DNA of 64,000 nt from an uncultured Planctomycetota bacterium (lineage in GTDB: Bacteria > Planctomycetota > Planctomycetia > Isosphaerales > Isosphaeraceae): the NCBI GenBank assembly GCA_963823665.1, contig CAWGMQ010000008.1:96001-160000 (forward strand). Direction: 5' to 3'. Shown here one piece after another: positions 31,506 to 40,100 of the stretch. The notes below the pieces were generated by a model that was not told the DNA's origin, searched no databases, and saw nothing but the letters and a program-made list of their open reading frames with translations. How positions within the stretch are numbered: position 1 is the first letter of the stretch; each line of letters starts with the position of its first letter. A program made the position numbers and the translations under genes.

Positions 31506-33504
31506 GTCGAGTAGCGGAGGGACGGGTGTGACCCCGTCGCCTCCGCCCTCTTCAAACCGGACTTGCAGATTTCCCGCATCCGGCTTGCCCAAATCCTCTC
31601 GATCGAAGGCGATTCGCAGGGAGGCAGCGGTAAGTCATTTCAGGAACCGCAGGCCGAGGCTCTGCAGGTGGAAGTAAACTGACTTGCCTGCCGGGGTACG
31701 GTAGGCTCGCTGACTACGACGTTGCAAGTGACGCGTCAATCGGAGCAACATGAAGCTGTTGAGGTTCCGAAACCCATGGCTGGGATAGCCGTAGCGGAAG
31801 TAACCGCTCCAGCCTCTTGTCCAGCGGTTGAGATCGTCTATCACCTGACGGATCGAGACGAAACACCGCTTGGGCCCAGTCAGCTCTCGGACCTTGTCGT
31901 GTGCACGAGCCATCGACTTGATCGAAGGAAAGACGTTGAGATAGCGATGATCACGACCAAAGAGGTCGCGGTCGTATCGCAACGCAAATCCTAGAAAGTT
32001 CAAGCTCTGACCCGGTTCCTGCAGCTTGACGACTCGCGTTTTCTCGCGGTTGACGGTGAGCCGAAACCGTCCCTCTAACAGATTCTCGATCCAGTGAATC
32101 AATTGCTGAGATTGATAGCGTGCCAGGACCACAAAGTCATCGGCATACCGCACGAGTTTGGCGTTGGCCCAGCGACCAGGTCCGTCGAAACGATAAAACA
32201 GCTTCTCGAACCAATGCAGGTAGAGATTCGCCAGCAACGGTGAAATTACTCCACCCTGCGGCGTCCCCTGTTTCGGCCGAGTCACTTTAGTCTTACCGTG
32301 TTCGTCGGTCTCGATGACTGGGCTTTCCAGCCACATGCGGATCAGCGTCAGCACGGAGCGGGCGGCAATCCGTCGTTCCAGGCACTTGATCAATGCATCA
32401 TGTGGAATTGTGTCGAAGTACGATTTCAGATCCGCGTCATAGATCTCGCGAAACCCGGAGGTAACATGCTGACGGATCGTGTCAATCGCTTGGTGAGCAT
32501 TCCTTCCTGGACGAAACCCGAAGGAGCAGTTCAAGAAGTCAGCCTCAAAGATCGGCTCGAGTATCAACATGGCCGCCGTTTGGACGATCCGGTCTTTGAC
32601 CGTGGGAATTCCCAGCGGTCGCATCCGGCCGTCCGGTTTCGGGATATAGACGCGTTTGACCGGCTGCGGACGATAGCGTTTGGTGCGAAGCTCTTCGTGC
32701 AACTGCCGTATGTAGGCATCCCATGCAGGGTCATCCAATGTGACGAGGTCCTGACAGGTGACGCCGTCCACCCCGGCAGCGCCGTTGTGATTCAGCACCA
32801 GGGTCGCCGCAATCCGCAACACGTCTTCCCGATAGATCCGGTCGTACAGAGCGTAGAACCGGAACTTCGGCTCCTGCTTGGCCTTTTGACCTAGCTTCTT
32901 TCTCAGTTCAGAGACTTTCGGCGGTAGCAGGACCCCAGACTTCACTTCTGGCTCAGCCAGTTGTTGGTCCCAGGTCAGGCCACCGTGTTCTTCCGTAGTG
33001 GGACGTTTGTCCAAGCGGATCTCCTCACTTCTGATGAAGCGTGAATTTGGCAGGGGTCCTTTGCTCCACGGTGGTTAGCCGTATCGTCGCTACTACGACC
33101 CCCTCCGACTCCCGGCCAGGCCGCACGGCGGTTATGGTTTCCCGTCGGTCGTTGGTCAGAGATCACTTCCAGATCTCAGACCGCCAAGCCGGGCCTCTCA
33201 GGTTCCTCACTGATCTGTCGACGCCCGCCATCCCCTCTCACCCCGGGTAGCCCATCCGCTGCACGTGCTCGTTGCTTCACGGATGGTGTCAGGTTTCGGC
33301 ATCTTCGGAAGATTGACCACCACCACTGGTTTATCGAGGCCGAAACGGGTTCACGCTTTCGCATTACGGCTGACGTCTTCGCGTTCTCGGGCTCCGACGG
33401 CGCGGTTGCCCGCACCGCCGCCGAGTCGGCTTCATGGTGAACGAGCAATTGCCATGGGCAGTTCCTTTCAACTGTCGAGATCAGCGAGACTTAGCCTGAC
33501 GCAC
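31506..33504 (-). mobile_element. Group II intron (about 2.0 kb, apparently complete)
   Basis: 5' end GTGCG at 33504; domain V AAGCCGGATGCGGGAAATCTGCAAGTCCGGTTT and domain VI hairpin ending CTACTCGAC at 31506; internal RT ORF. Confidence 0.9.
31635..33014 (-). CDS. ltrA: Group II intron reverse transcriptase/maturase (no C-terminal HNH endonuclease)
   Basis: GAAGVDG, RPLGIPTVKDR, SFGFRPGR, GTPQGGVISPLLAN, YADD, FLGF; thumb/X domain RGWSGYF. Confidence 0.95.
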   Translation of the reverse strand: MDKRPTTEEHGGLTWDQQLAEPEVKSGVLLPPKVSELRKKLGQKAKQEPKFRFYALYDRIYREDVLRIAATLVLNHNGAAGVDGVTCQDLVTLDDPAWDAYIRQLHEELRTKRYRPQPVKRVYIPKPDGRMRPLGIPTVKDRIVQTAAMLILEPIFEADFLNCSFGFRPGRNAHQAIDTIRQHVTSGFREIYDADLKSYFDTIPHDALIKCLERRIAARSVLTLIRMWLESPVIETDEHGKTKVTRPKQGTPQGGVISPLLANLYLHWFEKLFYRFDGPGRWANAKLVRYADDFVVLARYQSQQLIHWIENLLEGRFRLTVNREKTRVVKLQEPGQSLNFLGFALRYDRDLFGRDHRYLNVFPSIKSMARAHDKVRELTGPKRCFVSIRQVIDDLNRWTRGWSGYFRYGYPSHGFRNLNSFMLLRLTRHLQRRSQRAYRTPAGKSVYFHLQSLGLRFLK

Positions 33505-33710
33505 CGAAGGTAACGAAGAGGGAGACGCGAGCGGAAAACTTGGCTAAGCATGGACGGTGGGCTCATGGTCTTGGAGAAGATCTGAGAGCGAACGGCGAGT
33601 CAGCAAGAGCTTCGTTCGCCCGAGAACAAAGACGGTGGGCCAGCGCTTGCGTCTCGTTTGCGTGGTATCATCAGCGCGTTAACGCATCATTTTGTCGCGA
33701 GGAGCAATTT

Positions 33711-34320
33711 GATGAACCCGCACCGCACACTGTCGTATCAGATCCAGGAATGCCGTCGGCTGGCGTCGTACTTGATTGATGGCGTCCGGGTTTACTCGGA
33801 CCGGGAGATCGCCGAGAGGCTCGGGGAGGACGAGGCGTGGGTTGCCGGCGTGCTTTACCCCGATCGTGTTCCAGCCGCGCCGCCGGTTGTCCCGGTTCCG
33901 ACCAACGGGCCGGTCCGTCCGGTGTGGGATCGGTACGACGCGGGTCGGCCGTCGGTGGGGACAGTCAATCCCATCGGAGTGCCGACGACTATGGTTTTTG
34001 ACAATCCATCGCTCGTTCGAGGCAATGGCAGCTTCGGGAATCAGCAGGTATGGTACCGATACGACGCGACTCCGCGGCCGGCCACGGCAGATTGCCTTGG
34101 AACACCCACCACGATGGCTTTCGACGGCCCATCGCACTATCGAGGGAACGGCGGCTCCAGCAATCGGCCGGTGTGGGATCGGTACGACGAGGGTTCGGCG
34201 CGGCTGGCGATCGTGAATCCCCTCGGCGCGCTGACAAACATGGTTTACGACGCTCACCCTGACCAAACTCGGATAGTCCTCTGGACGACACGCGGGAAGC
34301 CGAATGACCCGGCGACTTGA
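33711..34320 (+). CDS. HTH-like N-terminus plus three ~41-aa YD-like repeats
   Basis: YSDREIAERLG; repeats VW(D/Y)RYD...(NP/DC)(I/L)G..T.M.(F/Y)D; an identical 22-mer at 33919-33940 and 34168-34189; start approximate. Confidence 0.6.
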
Positions 34321-34460
34321 TCGAGCCCGACGGGGCGTTCGAGACCGAAGCCGTACTTAACCCAGCGGATTGCGTCTTAATTTGGCCGGGCAATGCGTCC
34401 TGATCGACACGGGACGGCGGCTCGGAGCGGGAGCGCGGTGGGGTATTGATCGGGGCGCGG

Positions 34461-34855
34461 CTAGGGCGTCGTTGCGGCGACCGAAGGCGGATAGACGTAC
34501 ACGCCGTCCACGCTCGTCCCGCCGAAGCTTCGATCGCTGAATCGTGTTGGAACTCTGCCGGGAAACCGCTGATCTCCATAGCGGCTTGGGCCATCGGATG
34601 GGTCGTCGGGATTAGCTTGACTTGCATAGCATCCAACCCGCGGCTCGCCATCTCCCAGGCCAGTCGTAAGACCTCTTGATACCCTGCGCCCTGGTCGCCG
34701 GCGCGGAATTGGTCCGAGGCAATGTGGAGATACCACGGTCCCCCGTCACTGTCCTTGGCCCAAAACGCGGCCTGTAACGGGAAGGACTTCTCAAGTTGCC
34801 GGACCAGGTCCGCTCCCGCATCGATTTCTTCGGTCACCAGTGGCGCTTGATCCAT
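34461..34855 (-). CDS. Small hypothetical protein (frameshift near 34570)
   Basis: MDQAPLVTEEIDAGADLV...AAFW...WYLHIAS continues as RFPGRVPTRF...GGTSVDGVYVYP in another frame. Confidence 0.6.
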
Positions 34856-34874
34856 GGGAGTACTCGGTTACGAA

Positions 34875-35111
34875 TTATTTTGTTCGGGTAGGAATTGCCC
34901 GAAATACGTCGCCGACCGACTTGAGGTAGGCGACATCCCCTTTCTCGGCGCGTCGTGCGACCTCGTCGAGCCAGCGGACAGTGGCCGGCTCCAGACACGG
35001 TTCGGATGGATCACCGGCAGGATAAATGACGTCGACCTCAACCTCGACGGCATATCGACCGCGACGCACCCAGCGCTTACGCTTCTCCCGGCGTTCAAAC
35101 AGCTTGCCCAT
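34875..35111 (-). CDS. Small hypothetical protein
   Basis: RWVRRGRYAVEVEVDVIY...LDEVARRAEKGDVAYLK; protein-like composition; co-oriented with the DGR. Confidence 0.6.
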   Translation of the reverse strand: MGKLFERREKRKRWVRRGRYAVEVEVDVIYPAGDPSEPCLEPATVRWLDEVARRAEKGDVAYLKSVGDVFRAIPTRTK

Positions 35112-35341
35112 TTCTGTATCATAGGCTCACCGGGCCCTCAGCGAAACAGTGCCTGGTGGCCTCGATCACGACGAGAAGGGAGAAGGCCGCACGGAGCGTT
35201 CGGCACGGTCATCCAACCGGCTACCAGCACCGTGCGGCCTCAGCGTCAGGTTTCACCGGCCGAAATCGGATCCGGCCAGTTCGGAAAACGACCTGTTCCG
35301 GCTGGGACTTCAGGGCCATTACTTGCCCGCCCGCGCGGAAT

Positions 35342-35465
35342 TCAGGGCCAGGCGGAACCCGTTATCGTTCGTGCGGTTCGTCGGGTCGTTCGTGTTGCGG
35401 TTCGCCGTCCGGCAATTCGCCGCGTCGTTGTCCCACCCGCCGCCACGGTTCACGCGGTTCGAGCC
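35342..35465 (-). repeat. DGR template repeat (TR)
   Basis: 124-bp ungapped match to 37149-37272; in the VR frame it reads GSNRVNRGGGWDNDAANCRTANRNTNDPTNRTNDNGFRLAL with 10 AAY codons. Confidence 0.96.
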
Positions 35466-36477
35466 TCTTGGGATCGTCCACCACGCCCTGTTCTAACACA
35501 GAGCGGCGAAATGTCCAGCTCATTGCCCCGCCGGCCTTCGCGAACGCGACCAACGCGGCCAGACGTTGCTGAAGAGCCGGCTCACTCAGGAATCCCAGGC
35601 GCTCTGCGCGCTCCAGAACCCGCACGCGCCGTCGCCAGCGACGTTTGCTCCTCCGGTTCAGCTCCACGTGAGTGGGCCAGATTCGACAACCGAGGAAGGG
35701 AACACCCGCAGCCGTTCGCCGCACTTCTCCCGGCTTGAACTCCAGGAGCAGGTGAGATGACGCGAAATCCGCGCATCGCCCGTGAAAATCGACCAGGCGC
35801 TTACGATTCGTGTCCCAGAGTACCAGATCGTCCATGTATCGCACGTACCCGCGAACGCGCAGCGTCACCTTCGCAAATCGATCAAGCCAGCCCAGATAGA
35901 AGTTCGCGAGGTGCTGTGACGTCAAGCTGCCGATCGGCAGGCCGATTCCCAGGTCGCCTCGATAGGCCCGGATGATCCGGTTGAACAACTCCAGGAGCCG
36001 CCGATCCTTGAATCGCATCGCGAGCAGATTGATCAGCCTGTCGTGCGAGACACTGTCGAAGTATTTCCGTACGTCGAGCTTCAGGAACCACTCGAACTTG
36101 CGGCTAAACTGATGCGCCCGATGAATGGCGGCCTCGCGCCCCTTGCCGGTTCGACAGGCGAACGTGTCATCGATGAGCCAGCGATCCATCACCGGCTCGC
36201 ATACGTTCATGATCGCGTGGTGCAGGACGCGTTCCTCGAAGCACGGCGCGGTGATCACGCGCTCCTTGGGGTCCCGGATCACGAATTGTTGAAATCGACC
36301 GACGCGAATCGAGCCGTTGCGAATCCCATCTGAGATCACCGCGATGCGCTCGTCGAGCCGTGACGCGAACTCCCGCACAATGGTCTGCCCGCGCCGGCCG
36401 CGGGCGGCCTTGTGGAACGCCAGGCGCAGATTCTCGAGCTCGGGAATTCGCTCAAAGAGGTTCGCCGCTCGGCGCAT
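35362..36477 (-). CDS. DGR reverse transcriptase
   Basis: PKERVITAPCFEERVLHHA, FACRTGKG, LKLDVRKYFDS, GLPIGSLTSQHLAN (SQ variant typical of DGR RTs), YMDD, PFLG. Confidence 0.95.
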   Translation of the reverse strand: MRRAANLFERIPELENLRLAFHKAARGRRGQTIVREFASRLDERIAVISDGIRNGSIRVGRFQQFVIRDPKERVITAPCFEERVLHHAIMNVCEPVMDRWLIDDTFACRTGKGREAAIHRAHQFSRKFEWFLKLDVRKYFDSVSHDRLINLLAMRFKDRRLLELFNRIIRAYRGDLGIGLPIGSLTSQHLANFYLGWLDRFAKVTLRVRGYVRYMDDLVLWDTNRKRLVDFHGRCADFASSHLLLEFKPGEVRRTAAGVPFLGCRIWPTHVELNRRSKRRWRRRVRVLERAERLGFLSEPALQQRLAALVAFAKAGGAMSWTFRRSVLEQGVVDDPKRLEPREPWRRVGQRRGELPDGEPQHERPDEPHER

Positions 36478-36940
36478 TTTGCCGGGGTCCCAGAGTCAAA
36501 AGCAGCGGGAGGAGCTGTGCCGCGTACTTATCGATCTTTCCGTTTCCAATGCCTTCGATTTGCGCCAGATCGCTTTTGGACTGGCAGCGGCGCTGCACCA
36601 TCTGCGCCAACTGCTCGTTGGTGAACAGTGTGTAGACTGGTACGGCTTCGGTCTGGGCCAGCTCCTTGCGAAGCGATCGCAACTGCGAAAAGACCGCGAA
36701 CTCCTCGGCTGACAATATCGCTTTGTAATCCACCCGGCTCCGCGACAGGTTCAGGTTGTGCCCGGTCTCGCCAGGCGCATGGCTCAGGTAGTCGATGCAG
36801 ATCGCCCATAAGGAGTTGACCCCCTGGTCGATCAAGCGCCGGTCTATCGACAAAACCTTGTGGCGAGCCAAAAAACCGTTCAGTTCGTGCTCGAAGGCGG
36901 CAGAATCGTTCACAGGAACCGTGAAGAAGCGCAATGCCAT
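36452..36940 (-). CDS. HRDC-domain DGR accessory protein (162 aa)
   Basis: MALRFFTVPV...; HRDC motif FSQLRSLRKELAQTEAVPVYTLFTNEQLAQM...LAQIEGIGNGKIDKY; overlaps the RT start by 26 nt. Confidence 0.88.
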   Translation of the reverse strand: MALRFFTVPVNDSAAFEHELNGFLARHKVLSIDRRLIDQGVNSLWAICIDYLSHAPGETGHNLNLSRSRVDYKAILSAEEFAVFSQLRSLRKELAQTEAVPVYTLFTNEQLAQMVQRRCQSKSDLAQIEGIGNGKIDKYAAQLLPLLLTLGPRQNAPSGEPL

Positions 36941-36981
36941 CCTGCGGACCTCAGACGTACACCTAAATGAATCCGGCGCGG

Positions 36982-37001
36982 GCAGGGGGTTTACCCCCTG
37001 C
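36982..37001. other. GC-rich hairpin downstream of the VR (candidate DGR target-recognition element)
   Basis: GCAGGGGG-TTTA-CCCCCTGC, an 8-bp stem with a 4-nt loop. Confidence 0.6.
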
Positions 37002-37107
37002 ACCCCCTTTTTCCCTGCCAAGATGCCACCCGCTCCGCCGTCGGCCTCCGGCCCCTCCGGTCGCGGCTCCGCTGCGCTCCCTACGGGCCTCCGCCCGACG
37101 GCTTCGC

Positions 37108-40100
37108 TTACTTGCTCTTGCCAGTCTCCGAGGCAGTCCCAGCCAGACTCAGGGCCAGGCGGAACCCGTAAACGTACGTGCGGTACGACGGGACGCCCGT
37201 GCTGCGGTGCGCCGACCGGCAATCCGCCGCGACGTCGCCCCACCCGCCGCCACGGGACACGCGGTCCGAGCCCGTAGCCGGCCCCGACGGATCGGACGCC
37301 AGCTTCGTATCGTAACCTTCGTACCAATCGTGCGTCCACTCATAGAGGTTTCCGTGCAGGTCGAACAGGCCGCGTCGACATGGCCGAAGCTCCCGCGGAG
37401 GATGGACGTGCTTGCCGCTGTTCTCCACGTACCATCCGAACCGGCCCAGCAGACTGGCGTCGCTTCCGAAGCCATAGGCCGTCCGCGCCGGCTCGAGCGG
37501 CCACTTCCCATTCCGCTTCCGTGGGTAGGCGAAACCCACGCCGGCCGGGCTCCGACGGCCAGTTGCGCGGTGCCCAGCTTGCGCTCGGGTTTGGCTCACG
37601 TGGATGCTTCTCGTTATTCAACGTCGCGGGGTCAGCGTACGGCTGGTCGCTCTCCGGCAGTCCCATCTGCTGCCCCAGCCAGCGGCAGAAGCCCACGCTG
37701 TCATACCAATCGGCAGCATACCCCGCGTCTTCCGGTTTCGCGTCGAGTTGCTGCATGTAGCCAGCATACGTGGGTTGGAACGCGATCAACTCCTCGAGGG
37801 TGACCTCCCTGTCCAGGAGCGCGAAGGGGCGTGTGAGCCGGACCGGGTGCCGCACCTCATCCTTCTGCCGTTGGGGCTTAGCGTCCGCGGACCCGATCAT
37901 GGAGTCCCCTGGCGGAAAGACGATGAAGGTGTAGTAGAACGTCTTGTTCGGCGCCGGCTTCGTGGGCGACGTCGGTTTCACCGTGATGCGCAGCGTGAAC
38001 CACTGGCGGTCTGGCGAATAAGGAACAGGGTTCTGATCCACCTGGCGGGCCAAGTCCGCCTGGCCCCATTGCCGCAACAGCCAGCCCGCGGCGCCATGGA
38101 CTCCTGAACTGGGGTCGTCGCGATACCAGGCTGCCAGCCGCTTGATCAGAGGGTCTCGACGCGACTCGGGAACGTCGGCCAGCGCGAACTCTCCCAGCGC
38201 CAAAAGCAGCGCGTACCGGGCGTCGCGCGGATGTCGATTGGCCGGACCGTTGTCGGGCTTTTCCAGGCAGTCCAGAAGCGCATCCGCCCCAACCCCGCGA
38301 GACCGGCAACGGAAGATGAACTGCGTCAGGGCTTCCGGATCATCGCTCACCTCGAAAACCGGCAGGATCTTTTCGCGCTCGCCCAGGCGTAAGAGCGTCA
38401 CCGCGGCGCCTGCGCGGCGCTGGCCGAACGCGACTCGCTCCACGGATCCCAGCGCCTCGGCCGGCTGAGTGGAGGCGATCTGGCTGAGCTGGTCGACCAC
38501 TGCCGGCGAGCGGCTCCCCGCGACAATCGGGTAGAGCACATCGAATTGCTCGGGGGTGGCGACGGCGAGCAGGCTGGTGAGCCGGGCTACGTCGCTCCCG
38601 GCAAAGTCGGCTAGCGCGTTGGCGGCGCCCAGTCGCTGGGCATCGCTCGCCCGCGCGTCTGCGAAGAGGCGCTCCAGATCCCCGACCAATCGTGCGCGAA
38701 TCGGCCGCAGCGCCTCACGGAGCAGCGGCTGGTACTCCGCGTTGGACGAGACAAGTTGCCCGGCGATGAACTTCACGTCCGCGGCGGACCACCACGCCTG
38801 CTCGGACGCGGGGATAAAATCGGCCAGAGCCAGCGCCGCGCGGAACCTCCGTTGCGTGTCGGATTTGTCATCGCGCAGCAGGCCGCGAAAGCGCTCCGTG
38901 AGACGGGCCGCCGAGGGACGAAGCAACGCACGGATCGGCAAGACGTAGGTCACCTTGCCCGTGAGCAATTCCTCCACCAATGGTTCCACCTGCGACGGAT
39001 CGCGGGAGACCATCGCAAGCCGCGCGTGGATCTGCCCCCGCTTCTCGTCCGGAGTCTCGGCCGTTCGGGCAACGAGCGAAGAGAGCAAGGGCATGGCCAC
39101 GCCAGGATTGGCGTCGAGCTGCTTCACGATGTCCGGCACCTGGGACGGCTCGGCGCTCAGCAGGCGGCCCACCAACCCCTCGACTCGGGTGGCCTCCTGT
39201 CGCGCCGCGACTTGATTGCGCAGGACGAGCCCGGCTGAGGCCACGGCGATCATTCCTGCCAGCGCCAAGGCGGAGCGCCAGCCGTGTGTTCGCGCCGCCT
39301 GGCGCATCATTTTCTGCTGGGTCTCGGTCCAGTGGGTGGAATCCGTCAGCGTGTGGATTCTTAGCCATTCAGTGAGCGACGGCAGATGGCGGCTTTCGGG
39401 CTTGGCGTTCCAGAGCGCGGAGCGCTCCGCCAGCTTCAGCTCGGCGCGACCACGGCGTGTCTCCTTTTGTTTTCTGGTCAACCAGTCGCGAAGCGAGGGC
39501 ACGAGGTAGTCATGCGTAAGCTGATAATACCGACCTCCCGGGGCCGCGGTCGTTTGCTCTGCTCCCGGGCCTTCCGGATCGGTCGGAGTGATCAACCGAA
39601 GCTCGCTGTCGAGGATGTGCAGCACCTCGTGGAAGTCTCGGGGCCGGGCTGCGTTTCCAGCGGCGGCTTGCAGCTCTTGTTCGGACCTCATCTGGCCCTT
39701 GATGTCGGTGCCCGATTCCGGCAGCAGCGCTTTCGAGCACGGCCTGCGCCGCCTTCTGGTGCATGCGATGGCGGGGATTCGCTTGAGGCGAGACGAACGT
39801 TTCCTCGAGAAACGTGACGCCGACGCCCGCCGCTCCCCCCACTTCTCGCAGCGTGGCGGGCGTCCACTGTTTCGCTTTCATCATCTCGGCGAAAAGTGCT
39901 AGCCTCACCGAGACAACCTTCTTGCCCTGCGCCAGCTCTGCGATTGCCTGGTCCAGGAATTGCCGCTGGTCCTTGCTGATCTCCCGGCCGTTCTCAGGCA
40001 GGTTCCCGAGGGCCGCTCCGAACGCCGTGAGCACTTTCGTGGCGTGCCGCGTATCGAAGAGATCGACCAGGGCGGTGTTGTGGCCCTGGATCAGCTCCAC

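Noticed and set aside
33490..33501. GTCAGGCTAA shared between the intron 5' end and the REP hairpins
   Set aside because: Only 10 nt, and the second hairpin arm is missing; probably coincidence
35362..36477. Second RT as a retron, Abi or group II intron RT
   Set aside because: The SQ motif, lack of a maturase domain or domain V, and a TR/VR pair with adenine-only mismatches identify it as a DGR RT
36452..37339. 295-aa ORF as annotated in the track
   Set aside because: The first ~130 aa are an off-frame reading of the VR and hairpin spacer; the credible gene starts at ATG 36940
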